This document shows positions 13,243 through 26,238 of a stretch of 64,000 bases of DNA, piece after piece. Position numbers and translations under genes: made by a program. A model generated the notes under the pieces. It made no database searches. It had not been told where the DNA came from and worked only from the letters and a program-made list of their open reading frames with translations. Source of the DNA: Mustelus asterias (Eukaryota); NCBI RefSeq assembly GCF_964213995.1, contig NW_027590452.1, forward strand, positions 62,001 to 126,000. The letters are read 5' to 3'. Every line of letters begins with the position of its first letter. The first letter of the stretch is position 1.

Positions 13243-13455
13243 ATGCAAATAAGCAACAGTTCCAAATGGGAGAAGAAAGGATAAGAAGAGAGCAGTAATA
13301 ATAAACCAGCATTAATAATCATTCTATAAAATATCATGTCGTAATATTTGCATAGAAAGGAAGAGGCTTTCGACTGGATTCCACTGGATGGCGCTCCAGG
13401 ACTTTAGATGTGGCCAAAAATATCCGATAGCATCAGTTTATTGGTACCACAGGTG
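13243..13455. promoter_or_regulatory. Candidate IgH 3' enhancer: two octamers plus overlapping Runx/E-box site
   Basis: ATGCAAAT 13243-13250, ATTTGCAT 13346-13353, ACCACAGGTG 13446-13455. Motif evidence only. Confidence 0.35.
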
Positions 13456-14664
13456 ACAGTTGGGATTGCAGGAAATATCGTTGCCTGGAGGCAACACTTC
13501 ATACGACAGAGCATTTAAAGGAGGAGCTTGCATCCAAATTGCAGGCTTTATGATAAAGGAGATTTAGACAGTGAACCTTCTTGTATTCATTCGTGGGACA
13601 TGGGAATCAGTGGCTGGGCAGAATTTATTGCTCATCCCTATTTGCTCTTGGGGAAATGTTGTGAATCAACCACATTGCTGTGTAGGCAATGACACAGATT
13701 TCCTTCCCTAAAGGGTTGAGTGAACCAGGTGTTTTTTTTAAACAAACAATCGACAATAGTTGCATGGTCGTCAGTAGATTCCCAATTCCAGAATTTTAAA
13801 AAATGAATTCAGATTCCATCACTTGCCGTGGCGGTATTCAAACCCTGGTCCCCAGGAGATTAGCTGAACCTCTGGATTCATTGTCTCTCGATAATACAAT
13901 TACACCAAGGCCTCCACTGGACGTTTGCATTTCATGGTCCAATGAAACTGGCTACTCCGAAGAAGAAGGTTAATATTGAGTTTAATTAGAATTGCTCCTC
14001 GACATGTCAAAGGGAGGTGTTATAATATGGTGATAATTTGTGAACCGATGTTCGTCTCATTATTAATCCAAATTGAAATAATCTGGAAAATACCCGATTC
14101 CTCCATTCCTTTATTCGTGATAATGCCAGGTTGATAAAACTTTCGGATAAATAATTAAACCTTTCAGCCTCCCTCTGTGTAAATAATAATTCCTTCATTA
14201 CAGTGTCACTGTGCTTAATGTCAGATTCGTTGATTGTAAAGCGCCTTTGAAGATTTTTAAGTACAAAATAGTTGGTTCAAACATTAGGGGCGATGTTTCA
14301 ACAAACTGTCAACTGAGTGAGGTTGAAAGAGAGGACTAATGTAATCAATATTACACAGCACATTGCACTCACTAGACAGATTGGGTGTCATTGCAGTTTC
14401 TCAATTCATACTGGTGTTGTGCCACACCGTTCTTCACGTGTGCGTTTGTATATAATGAACCACGTGTAACTGTCTTGTATTATATTTGCTCGCATGTCTG
14501 GTATTTGTTGCTGCACTGACATAACCTCAGGGAATTCCTTTTCACAAAGCAGACTCTGGAAGGTCCAACGTTTTTAACATTGTCAAAGACTGCATTTCTC
14601 TTTTGTCTATTAATTAATCAATTAATTAATCTCTTTGCTTTTCTTCCTCAATGATGATCTCTGT

Positions 14665-14960
14665 TTAAGTTTATTTATTTCTGGCACAAGTAAGCTAACA
14701 TTAACACTGCAATGAAGCGACTGTGAAAATCTCCTAGTCGCCACACTCCGGCGCCTGTTCGGGTACACTGAGGGATAATTTAGCATGGCGAATTCACCGA
14801 ACCAGCGCAGTCTTTCGGTCTGTGGGAGGAAACCGGTGTCGCCGGATGAAACCCATACAGACACGGAGAGAATATGCAGACTCCACACAGAGCAAGCCGG
14901 GAATTGAACCCGGGTCCCTGGCGCTGTGTTGCACCGTCGCTAACCACTATGCCGCCATGC
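14665..14960 (-). mobile_element. tRNA-derived SINE
   Basis: Pol III box-B-like ttgaacccggg, body ...ggaggaaacc...gcagactccacacag and aataaa-type tail. Similar copies recur across the window. Confidence 0.8.
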
Positions 14961-15492
14961 TGTCCTGTATCGATGTTTGAGTGGATCGGTTTGGGAATCT
15001 TTCACAGTTTTTGTTTGTCTTTCTGTCGATGCTTGGGTTGATTCGGTGCCGGATACGAGGCCTGCCGCGAACACGAAAGGTGGAGTTATTCACATACCGT
15101 CATCGTCAGCAACTCAGACCAATATGTGTCAAATATCTCCAGAACACTCCTGCTTTCTGCCTTAATGATTAGGAACGTCGGAATTGATATCTGTGTCTGG
15201 GCATATATCTGGACGGTTTTATATGTCTTTATGTGTTGGCCTTTGCACGTGGCTGTGTGTGTGTCTGTTTCCAATATGCGGCTGTGCTGTCCACGGGAGG
15301 GCGCTCTCTCATCACTTATGAAACATCACGATCCCCTTCGAGAGGAAGCGATTGGTTGAACATGTGAAAATGGGCGGGGACAGGGAATCGCATTGACGTC
15401 ACTGCATCCCCCTGGCTGTTTCCACTTCTCTAATTGCAGGTCTGGTATAGTCAGTGATCACTGCCTCTGTTTCTGGAGTCCAGACTGGAACC

Positions 15493-15977
15493 ATGGGGGT
15501 GAAACTCTATCTGACTCTGGTTCTTGTCCTGATCACAGGTCGGTCATTCTAAACCTCTGAAATCCATCAATCACCATATTCATTGCCCATTTCCATCTCT
15601 AGGCGATTTTATTCCGTTGTTGTTATTCCACCTAACCCGCTTTGTGTCCGTTGTTATTTTCAGAGATGACTAATGGTGACTCAGTGTCCCAGTCAGTACC
15701 GGTAATCCAAGCAGCAGAGGGTGACCATTCACGAATTCCCTGCTGTTACTCTGTATCGAGTACAGCTGCACAACAAAATTACCTGTTCTGGTATCGCCAG
15801 TATCCACACCGAGCTCCTCAGTATCTGCTCAGAAACAGTGGTTATGGGTTTACCGATAAGGCTCCCGGCTTTGAACACTTCAGCGGGAATCTCAGCCTGA
15901 AACAAAGCACTTTTCTCTTGTCCAAGAAAGGTTTGAAGCTGACAGACAGAGTCGTGACTTACTGTGCAATGAGACCC
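15493..15977 (+). pseudogene. TCR alpha/delta-type V segment (V1): open frame but RSS deleted
   Basis: Leader exon 15493-15538 (MGVKLYLTLVLVLIT) and V exon 15664-15977 (DSVSQ...IPCCYS...YLFWYRQYP...VVTYCAMRP). TGACGTCA at 15394. No heptamer/nonamer after the coding end. Confidence 0.85.
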
Positions 15978-16269
15978 AGAATCAAGAGTCTGTTGTCAGG
16001 AAAACACATGACGTTGAATTACAGAGAAACTGTTCATAGAATGAATCCGTCAGTGCAGCTTCATCTGAGTGGCTTTCCGTCCCTGAGGTCAATGATTTCC
16101 ACTTGGTAAGTGTAATATTTGTCGCTCAGATTACTCCCAGATCAAATCCAATCATTTCCCATCCCAATCACACAAACCCGCAGAGCGCCCGGGCGAATAA
16201 CTCCACCAATCTCTACTTTTAATCTTTCTGTATCAGATGCCTATCTGTCAGTGGAAATCTGTTTAATAA

Positions 16270-16730
16270 GAACATAACATAGGAACATAAGAACTAGGAG
16301 CAGGAGTCGGCCATCTGGCCCCTCGAGTCTGCTCCACCATTCAATAAGATCATGGCTGATCTTTTCGTGGACTCAGCTCCACTTAGCCGCCCGCTCACCA
16401 TAACCCTTAATTCCTTTACTGTTCAAAAATGTCTATTCTTGTCTTTAAAAATAATCAACGAGGTAGCCTCAACTGCTTCACTGGGCAGGAAATTCCACAG
16501 ATTCAAAACCTTTGGGTGAAGAATTTTCTCCTCAACTCAGTCCTAAATCCCCCTCATTTTGAGGCCATGACAGTCAGCGCTGTTCTTGTTTCACCTGACA
16601 ATGGAAATAACTTCCCTGCTTCCCTCTTATCTATTCCCTTCATAATCTTTATGTTTCTATAAGATCTCCACTCATTCTTCTGAATTCCAATGAGTATAGA
16701 CCCAATCTACTCAGTCACTCCTCATAAGCC
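16270..16730 (-). mobile_element. CR1-type LINE 3' fragment
   Basis: (aacataag)n tail and decayed RT C-terminal sequence. Absent from the paralogous inverted arm near 28.7 kb. Confidence 0.7.
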
Positions 16731-17421
16731 AAATGTGGTTTAGCATCAAAGGCACACCCAGAGTTGTCACATTTTGAAGTTTCTGGATTGAAATAATGAC
16801 TGATTGAAATCATTGCTTTCCCGGGAAACAAATAACCCCGGTGGAACCGCATCTCAATGTGGAACAAAGAAATTTACACCACAGAAATAGGCCCTTCGCC
16901 CCTTCAAGCCTGCACCGACAAACTGGAGTTGGCTGACTACATATCCCCGGTACACTTAAAACAGCAACTACTATTTATGTTCATGCCGTGGATGCACTTA
17001 TTTATACCCGCGGAATAAATGAATGTAACTTATTCATTACACTTTTAAATTCAGATACAGAGAAAGTGCTATGCAAAAAACAGGGACAATGAGTTCGAAA
17101 GGAAGAGAGTTAAACCGACAAAGAGCCAGTATAACTGATAATGTTATAAAACTTCCATGGAGAGAGAAAGAGGGTGAGAAAGATGCACACAGCCGGGGGT
17201 GGAAAGTGATTGAAGCTGAGTTTACTCCTCTACGAACAGTGATTGGTCCACAGCTGACGTCATCTCAGGAAGACTGCCAATCGCAGCAGTGAAAAATGAC
17301 CCCATCCCCGCAGTTTCCCAATAATTGCAGTTGCCTCTGATCTGAGTTGACTCTGTGATATAAGACGAGAAACAGCAACGTATTTTAAACAGTGTGGCTG
17401 TTTACTGTCCTATCAGGAACC

Positions 17422-17859
17422 ATGTGTTCCCTGTGTGCTTTACTGATAATAATGGTCATGCTGCCCGGTGAGTCTGAGCTCAAATCCTCAGTGTGTGTTT
17501 CATGGGTTATATTCGTTCACAGATTTCTCACACATTCTATATGTTGTTACAGGAACCAGTGACCAAACTTCAGTTTCCCAGGAGCCGCCCGAATTAACGG
17601 TTCAGGAAGGACAGACAGTAATTTTGAACTGCAGTTACAAAGCAAAATACGCTGACCAAACTCTCTTCTGGTACATCCTGTATCCCGGAGAAGCTCCGAG
17701 ATATTTATTGAAAAGTTACGGCAACGGGAAGGGGGATAAATCTCCTGATTTTTCGGATCGATTTTCTGCTAATTTGGACAAAGACAAGAAATCAGCTCCA
17801 TTAAATATCACCGGTGTCCATGTCTCTGACTCTGCCGTGTATCACTGTGCGCTGAGCCC
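17422..17859 (+). CDS. TCR alpha/delta-type V segment (V2), potentially functional
   Basis: Leader 17422-17467 (MCSLCALLIIMVMLP) and V exon 17553-17859 (TSVSQEPP...LNCSY...LFWYILYPG...DSAVYHCALSP). CRE TGACGTCA at 17255. Intact RSS. Confidence 0.92.
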
Positions 17860-17898
17860 CACACTGCTACAGAGGCACAGTCAGCCCGTACAAAAACC
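17860..17898 (+). other. 23-RSS of V2
   Basis: CACACTG, 23 nt, ACAAAAACC. Confidence 0.93.
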
Positions 17899-18319
17899 AG
17901 CAAAGGCACTCTCACCTCCTCTCACTCAATCAGGTCTGTGAGCTGGGTTGTGAACTGCTAATATAAATGAAATCATATTATACAGATCAGTGAGTTCGAA
18001 AGATCACATTTTGGTGCGGAATGTCTGTCAGTTTATGTAAAATCTCGCTTTATAGTAGTTTCCGTGGTTTACGAGCAACTCTGAATCGGAGACCCTGGTG
18101 CTGTTATTGCAACATTAAATAAAACCCATCAGCATCATATCTCAAAGGTCATCTCGGTGAAAATGCACCGATTGTGCAGCAGATGGAGCAACAATCCCAG
18201 TTTCAATAGGGGGACAGAAGCTGCAATGCTGCCCCCTGGTGGTCACTTCTCCCAGTCTCAGCATTGCAGAGTGTTTAAACAAGAGTGCATTGTCACAGCA
18301 GCACCTTGACCTTCAGTTT

Positions 18320-18525
18320 CAGTTTATTTATTAGTGTCAGAAGTAGGCTTACATTAACACTACAATGAAGTTACTGTGAGAATCCCCTAGTCGCCCACAC
18401 TCCGGCGCCTGTTCGGGTTACACTGAGGGAGAATTTAGCACGGCCAATGCACCCTAACCAGCACATCTTTCAGACCGTGGGAGGAAACCGGAGCACCCGG
18501 AGGAAACCCACGCAGACACGGGGAG
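18320..18525 (-). mobile_element. SINE (3' portion)
   Basis: Same family as 14665-14960 and 58768-59060. Confidence 0.75.
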
Positions 18526-19674
18526 GGGACAGCCCGGGGGAAAGCTCCATTCCAACTGTCCCTGGAGTGTCAGATTAACCTGGGTCACTCACGCACCCCC
18601 GGCTAAGACTCACCTCCCTCAGACAGTGAGACCCTCCTGTATCACTCACCTTACTGTAGTCAGATACCCTCAGACTCAGCACTGGGCCCTGGGCGTGTTC
18701 TTTAAATGCTGCGACCTATCGTGGAGGAAAGAATTGGGAGGATTTTGATTTGATTTGATTTAATTTATTATTGTCGCATGTATTGGGATACAGTGAAAAG
18801 TATTGTTTCTTGTATGCTGTACAGACAAAACATACCGTTCATAGAGTACATCGGGGAGAAGTAAAAGAGAGGGTGCAGAATGTAGTGTTGCAGTCATAGG
18901 TAGGGTGTAGAGAAAGATAAATCTAATATGTAGCAGGTCCATTCAAAAGTCTGAGGGCAGCAGGGAAGTTCTTGAGTCGGTTGGTACGTGATCTCAGACT
19001 TTGTATCTTTTTCCTGACGGAAGAAGGTGGAAGAGAGAATGTGTGCATGAGGTCCTTAATTATGAGTTTTTGGTCCTGTCGCTGTCAATGGGATTTCCCA
19101 TTGAAGTCACCTCACGCTAGCAGGAAACCAGAGGCAGGGGAACGAGAGCAGAGAATTCCCCACGAGTGAACAGCCGGAGAATCCCGGACAGTCGCTCCTT
19201 TCCCAGTTATCACTGCACTCAACCCAGTCGCTGTTTATACGCTCAGTTGTCTCAGTGAATACTACATTACACCATGCTGCTGTGGACACTACAATCAACC
19301 CTTTTTGAGTTCTCACTGTATTAATACCATGTATGGATTGATATTTCATTGGACAATGTGCTGGGTTAGATGAATATTTATTGATTCTTGTGATGTGGGT
19401 GTCACTGGCTAGGTCAGCATTTATTGCCCATTCCTAGTTGCCCTGGAGAAGGTGGTGATGAGCTGCCGTCTTGAACCCGCTGCTGTCTATGTGGTGTAGG
19501 TACACCCACAGTGCTGTTAGGGAGGGGACCTGCTTAAATTATCACTGCATTTAACGATGTCACTCTTTATAAAAAATAAACTAGACCATGTCTGGGTAAT
19601 GAATGTGGAGCATGTCTCCATTTCTCTTTACCTCAGCACTGTATCTGTGTATATAACACTTTATACAGTTTCAA

Positions 19675-19960
19675 TGTTATTTATTAGTGTCACAAGTAGG
19701 CTAACATTAACACTGCAATGAAGTTGCTGTGAAAATCCCCTAGTTGCCACACTCCGGCGCCGTTCGGCTTCACTGAGGGAGAATTTAGCACGGCCAATCC
19801 ACCGAACAGCATGTCTTTCAGACTGTGGGAGGAAACCGGAGCATTCGGAGGAAACCCAGACACGGGGAGAACATGCAGACTCCACACAGACAGTGACGCA
19901 AGTCGGGAATCGAACCCGGGTCCCTGGCGCTGAGAGGCTGCAGTGCTAACCACTGCGCCA
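19675..19960 (-). mobile_element. tRNA-derived SINE
   Basis: Box A/B-like head (gtgctaaccactg, tcgaacccggg) and the family body. Confidence 0.8.
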
Positions 19961-20326
19961 CCCCTATAAACTAGATACAGTTTCTCTTCTTAATGCATGG
20001 GGCCATCCCTCTGTATATACTACAATTGGTCTTTACTTAGTTATTGCTTCACTCAACTATGTCACTGTTTCCAATGCACTCAGTGAAGTCACAGTTATTG
20101 ACGCACGCAGCCATGCCTCTATCTACACCACACCCGACAATTTCTAAGCTGTTGCTGCAATTGCCTCTCTGAAATTCCCCCTCCCCACCCCCAGAACACC
20201 CATCTGCTGCCTTCCCACATTGTCACTGTTCTCGCTGTAAAAGGGAAGTTGAAGCAAGTAAAACCTCGTTCCAATCCGCACTCTTATTAACCTGCTATAG
20301 TGTCACTGGATCCTCTCAGCTTACGT

Positions 20327-20937
20327 ACATGTGTCGCAGTGGTGTTTTTAGTCCTGTTGAAGGAGACCTGGATTTCAGTGAGCAGAAATATCCCAAGCTG
20401 AGATATAATCAGTGTGCTTGTGAGGAAAATCGCTATATTGTTAGGGCCAGGGGTGGGAATGAAGTCGCTGGTCTGATTATTGTAACAGAGAAACACTGGG
20501 TTGCGAATTGTGTCAGAAAACATTTGACAGACATTCAAAATGAGAATGAACATTGATGGCAACTTGTTCTCAGGGATTGTTTTGAATAGCACAATGATAA
20601 CCTTGCGAAATGTATATGCCAATATAAGCTGTCCCTTAGGCAGCAAAATACTCTGATCAAATAGACCCTTTGATCAAAGAGATCTTGAAAAGGAGAGTGA
20701 AGATGGGGAAAGTGCTGCACAATAATTCACACAGGCAAGAAAATGTCATCAAAGGTTGAAGCGTGAGTTAAGGAACTGTAAATGTATTTTTAGTATAGTT
20801 GCAAGTTAAAAATTCAACTGTGGCTCAGCCGTTCGTGTTGAGTGTTGTGTTTTGTTTTGATATTTTGTTTATGACCCTGTGACTATCACTGTCGAGACAA
20901 AATAATTACTTCTGTTTATCAGTGTGGGAGCGCCCTC
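20327..20937 (+). repeat. ~610-bp near-identical direct duplicate of 37402-38013 (3' flank of V9)
   Basis: Read-across identity from acatgtgtcgcagtggtg to agtgtgggagcgccctc. Confidence 0.92.
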
Positions 20938-21100
20938 GAGCGAGTGTTGCAGACTGGCACATTCCAGGGCGCAGGACTACCTGCTGATGGACGCACTAAA
21001 CCTTGGGGCAGTTGCTGCAAAGGCGCAATGGGGGAAACCCCGCTGACTGAGACCATTCGGCCCTTGTGAACTGAGGGGAGCAGAACTCATTCTGAGCCCC
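20938..21100 (+). mobile_element. L1/Tx1-like LINE ORF2 C-terminal fragment
   Basis: Translates to CCRLAHSRAQDYLLMDALNLGAVAAKAQWGK, resembling the end of Tx1-clade ORF2. Confidence 0.55.
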
Positions 21101-21674
21101 TCTTGCTGTAGGACTCACATTGAAGGAATGCAGTGAATATTACACGTCTCGCAATTCTAGTGAAGCACCTCAGAGTGCACATTGTTCAACGTAGACAACC
21201 TAAATGACAACGTCCTTCCTGTATTGACGATCTTAAAATATGTATTATGTTCCATTGATTGTACTGAACATCTTCAATGCGCAACAATACCTTTGCAGAA
21301 ATCTTCAGTATCACTGCACTTTCTGAAATAACCATTTTGCAAAGTTTTGTAATGTTTCATTGAATGTGTTGAAGCACGTCAGCGTGCAAAATTATCTGTG
21401 TACGAAACCTAAACGTCAATGCACTTTCTGTAAAGACTATTCTGAAACGTTCTGTAATGTTCCTTTAATTGTACACAGAGTGCAACAGCTTCATTGTCGA
21501 AAACTTGAATGTTATTGCACTTGGTGTTATGGCCATTTTGAAATATTGTGTAATGTACTTTCAGATATTTTATGAATAAGTTTTTTTTTGCAAAAAACAC
21601 AGCGTCCCAGTCATTGAGAGTACAGAATTCTCACAGCTGCCGCTGCTCCCTTCAATAAGTTGTGAACTACTGGT

Positions 21675-23510
21675 GAATACAAAGAGCTTCTACAAATACA
21701 TAAAGAGCAAAAGAGTGACAAGGGAGAAAGTAGGGCCAGTTAAGGATCAACAAGGTCATCGATGTGCGGATCCACAAGATATGGGTGAGATCCTAAATGA
21801 ATATTTCTCGTCAGTATTTATTGTTGAGGAAAGCATGGATGTTAGGGAACTTGGGGAAATAAATAGTGCTGTCTTGAGGAGTGTACATATTACAGAGGAG
21901 GAGGTGTTGGAAGCCTTACAGCGCATCAAGGTAGATAAATCCCCGGGACGTGATGAAGTGTATCCCAGGACATTGTGGAAGGCTCGGGAGGAAATTGTGT
22001 GTCCCCTAGCAGAGATATTTCAATCATCGATAGTCACAGGTGAGGTGCCTGAAGATTTGAGAGTGGCAAATGTTATGCCTTTGTTTAAAAAAGGCTGAAG
22101 GGAAAAGCCTGGGGACTACAGGCCACTGAGCCTCACACCTGTGTTGAGTAAGTTGTTAGAAGTATTTTGAGAGTCAGGATCTACAGGCATTTAGAGATGC
22201 AAGGACTGATTAGGGACAGTCAGCATGGCTTTGTGAGTGGAAAATCACGTCTCACAAGTCTGATTGAGTTTTTTGAAGGGGTAACCAAGAAGGTAGATGA
22301 GGTCAGTGCAGCTAGTGTTGTCTACATGGCCTTTAGCAAGGCCTTTAACAAGGTACCGCATTGTAGGTTGTTGGATGAGGTTAAATCTCATGGAATCCAG
22401 GGTGGGTAGCTTAATGGATACAAAATTGGCTTGATGACAGGAGCCAGAGGGTGGTTGTAGAGAGTTGTTTTTTAAACTGGAGGCCTGTGACCAGCGGTGT
22501 GCCTCAGGGATCAGTGCTAGGTCCACTGTTATTTGTCATTTATATTAATGATTTGGATGAGAATATAGGAGGCATGGTTCGTAAGTTTGCAGATGACACC
22601 AAGATTGGTGGCATAGTGGACAGTGAAGAACGTTATCTCGGATTGCAATGGGATCTTGATCAATTGGGCCAGTGGGCTGACGAATGGCAGATGGAGTTTA
22701 ATTTAGATAAATGTGAGGTGATGCATTTTGTTAGGTTGAACCAGGGTAGGACTTACTCAGTTAATAGTAGGGCGTTGGGGAGAGTTATAAAACAAAGAGA
22801 TCCTGGGGTACATGTTCATAGCTCCTTGAAAGTGGAGTCACAGGTGGACAGATTGGTGAAAAAGGCATTCAGCATGTTTGGTTTCATTGGTCAGAACATT
22901 GAATACAGGAGTTGGGACGTCTTCTTAAAGTTGTACAAGACATTGGTAAGGCCACACTTGGAATACTGTGTACAGTTCTGGTCACCCAATTATAGAAAGG
23001 ATATTATTAAGCTACAAAGAGTGCAGACAATATTTACTAGGATGCTACCAGGGCTTGATGGTTTGAGTTATAAGGAGAGGTTGGATAGGCTGGGACTTTT
23101 TTCTCTCGAACGTTGAAGGCTTAGGGGTGATCTTATAGAGGTCTATAAAGTAATGAGGGGCACAGATCAGCTATGTGGTCAATATCGTTCTCCAAAGTTA
23201 GGGAAGTCTAAAACTAGAGGGCATAGGTTTAAGGTGAGAGGAGAGAGATACAAAAGTGTCCAGAGGGGCAATTTCTTTCACACAACGGTTGGTGAGTGTC
23301 TGGAACAAGCTGCCAGAGGTAGTAGTAGAGGCAGGTACAATATTGTCTTTTAAAAAGCATTTAGCCTGTTGCTTGAGTAAGATGGGTACAGAGGAATATG
23401 GGCCAAATGCGGGCAACTGGGACTAGCTTCCGGGTTTAAAAAAAAGGGCGGTAAGGACAAGTTGAACCGAAGGGCCTGTTTCCATGTTGTAAACCTCTAT
23501 GACTCTATGG
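21675..23510 (+). mobile_element. Degenerate CR1-type LINE ORF2 (~1.8 kb)
   Basis: Successive ORFs with KSPGxDxxYPR, QHGF, SGVPQGSVLGP, KFADDTK and LVRPHLEYC, interrupted by frameshifts and stops. ctctatgactctatg tail. Confidence 0.93.
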
Positions 23511-24800
23511 TGCTAGCCATTCCTCAGGAAAATTGTTACTCGGGCCGTTTGAAACCTGTCAGTATTTTACATCTCTTGATTTCGATGCATTTTGTTAACC
23601 TTTAGCTCTTGACTCTTGTGCGGGAAAGGTTAATCCAAATTAATATCAACACCGCGATATTGAGCCAGGTCTGCACCAACAGCAGTTATTAGTTCAGTCA
23701 CTTCAGTTGCAGACGGAGATCTGTGCACCGTACAGACAAGGAGGAGTCTGTTGGCCCATTGTGCTTGTGCCATTACTTCGCATGAGCTGTACAAATAATT
23801 CCACATCTCTGCTCTTTGCAAAGAGTTCTGAAGAAACCCAGTCCATCACGCAAACCAGCCGCCCATCCGCTGACTATGTCTACACTTCCCGCTGCCTCGG
23901 AAAAGCGCCCGGCATAATCAAGGACCTCACGCACAACGGACATACGCTCTTCCACCTTCTTCCGTTGGGAAAAAGAAACAGGTGTCTGAGATCACATACC
24001 AACCGATTCAAGAACAGCTTCTTCGCTGCTGCCATCGGACTTCTAAATGGGTCTAACATACATTAAGCTTTTCTTTCTCTCCACCCTGGCTATACTTGTA
24101 ACACAGCATCTTGCACCCTCTCCTGTTCTTCTCCACTATTTTCTCGGTGTATAGCATTTGTCTGTATAGCATGCAAGAAACAACACTTTCCACTGTATAC
24201 CAGTGTATGTGAAAATGATAAATCAAATCAAATCAAATTTACCCAAACCCAAGACAATTCCTCCTTCACATCTCTTGAAACAATATTCAGTTATTTAATT
24301 CAGAAAAACAATGAGAGAAATAAAACCTGAAATAGAGGCATTCATTCTAATGAGCATTTTCTTAAATTTTAAACTATGATGACGGATTGCGATATTAAGA
24401 ATGCTGAAAATATATTGTACTGAGCTGGTGCTCACAGTTTGTCTGATTCCTTAGGAGCAGCGGTCCGAAAGCTTGTGCTACCAAATAAACCTGTTTGACT
24501 TTAACCTGGTGTTGTGAGGCTTCTTATTGTCATGAATTAGAGCAGACAGGAGCTCTCGGCTGGTTGGATGAATCCAGAGTAAAGACCCCAGGAGCTTATT
24601 GGATTATCACCTGATGACGCTGTCAGGAATAAATCAACTTGTGGATTGTGATATCCAATCAGCTCTTTATTCTCTATTCAGTGATCTCCACTCTTCCGAC
24701 CATAGGGTCTGCAGGGTGTGACGTCAGACCAGCCAATGCTCTCTGCTTTATCTTGTTCGATCTTCTACAGCTTTCGGAGCCGAATCCAGGAGCAGCAGCA

Positions 24801-26199
24801 ATGCGGCTCCCCGTTTTCTCTCTGATCTGGGTGACATTCATTGTTGGTGAGTTTAACACTTTAAAAATGAGTTATTTTCTGGAGAGATAAAGTTGAAAAG
24901 CAGGACATTCGTGTTACACAGGTATTGGACCTGCCGTAGAACAGAAATGAATCCTTGCGAGTGGTTTTAGTCTTTTGAAAATAGTTTCGAAAAGCACACT
25001 GCAGAGGCGATTCGAGAGATGGTACCCGGATTGGGAGATGAGAGCTATCAGAATGCAAGGTTATGATTACTTTCTCGACTGACCAAGGAAACTAACGCAA
25101 ATCTGACTGATCTATTTATAATGATATCGAGGATTGGTGTGGTGGACGGGGAGAGGATGATTCCACTTGTGGAAGGATTCCAAATATCTGTCCCATGAAT
25201 CTAATGAAACAAATAGATCAACTGGGAATCGGAGAGAAACATCTTTAGAAAGAGTTGGGTAGAATGTGACTCATATTAACACAATGAACACTTGAGGAGA
25301 GGAGCAAAGACTAATTTAAAGGTGAACTAAACTGGGCGGCATGGTAGCACAGTGGTTAGCACTGCTGCTTCACAGTTCCAGTGGACCTGGGTTCGATTCC
25401 CGGCTTGGGTCACTGTCTGCGTGGAGTTTGCACATTCTCCTCGTGTCTGCGTGGGTTTACTCCGGGTGCTCCGGTTTCCTCCCACAGTCCAAAGATGTGC
25501 GGGTTAGGTTGATTGGCCATGCTAAAATTGCCCCTTAGTGTCCTGAGATGCGTAGGTTAGGGGGATTAGCGGGTAAATATGTAGGGATATGGGGGTAGGG
25601 CCTGGGTGGGATTGTGGTCGGTGCAGACTCGATGGGCCGAATGGCCTGTTTCTGCACTGTAGGGTTTCTATGATTTCTATGATGAGAAACTAAACAGCTG
25701 AGGAAGAAACGGACAGATGCATTGAGAAGAGGCGAGAGGGAGGAATCTCCTGGGGATTGTAAACGGGAACGTAGATCAGTTGGAGAGAATGTGGTATGAT
25801 TCAATACATATTTTTATGTTACACTGTCAGTGAATTTTCTCTCTGAGTTCAATTGAACTTTGAAACAATGTTTTTTCTTTAACCGTGTGTTCCAGATCTG
25901 AGCGATGGAGATTCTGTTACTCGGCGGGAATCCTCACTCACACGGACAGAGGGAGAAGATGTCACTTTAAACTGCACCTTTACCGACGATGCCTATTATT
26001 TATTCTGGTACCGTCAATATCCAGGCAGACAGCCCGAGTTTGCAGTCCGGAGAGACAAGAACGGCGGTTTTGAATTAAAGGCGGATTTCGCTCGGACCCG
26101 GTTTTCTGATTCAGTCCAGCAGTTAGACAAGTTGTACCGATTGACCATCTCGGAGTTGCTGCTGTCTGACACTGCGGTCTATTACTGTGCACAGAGTCT
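24801..26199 (+). CDS. TCR alpha/delta-type V segment (V3), potentially functional
   Basis: Leader 24801-24846 (MRLPVFSLIWVTFIV). V exon 25896-26199, translated manually: DLSDGDSVTRRESSLTRTEGEDVTLNCTFTDDAYYLFWYRQYPGRQPEFAVRRDKNGGFELKADFARTRFSDSVQQLDKLYRLTISELLLSDTAVYYCAQS. CRE at 24719. Confidence 0.92.
25334..25680 (+). mobile_element. tRNA-derived SINE in the V3 leader intron
   Basis: GGGCGGCATGGTAGCACAGTGGTTAGC...GGTTCGATTCCC head (box A/B) and tttctatga tail. Confidence 0.85.
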
Positions 26200-26238
26200 C
26201 ACAGTGATGAAAATGAGTGAAATCCTCGTACAAAAACT
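26200..26238 (+). other. 23-RSS of V3
   Basis: CACAGTG, 23 nt, ACAAAAACT. Confidence 0.95.

Noticed and set aside
14200-14260. Minus-strand CACAGTG near an FKGRFTI-like peptide, as a possible VH relic
   Set aside because: No nonamer at 12/23 spacing, no YYC motif, and the spacing is wrong for a V exon.
15006-15014. AGTTTTTGT nonamer-like sequence (possible J/D RSS)
   Set aside because: No heptamer at the proper distance and no FGxG/WGxG J motif after it.
25334-25405. tRNA-like sequence
   Set aside because: It is the head of a tRNA-derived SINE and continues into the SINE body.
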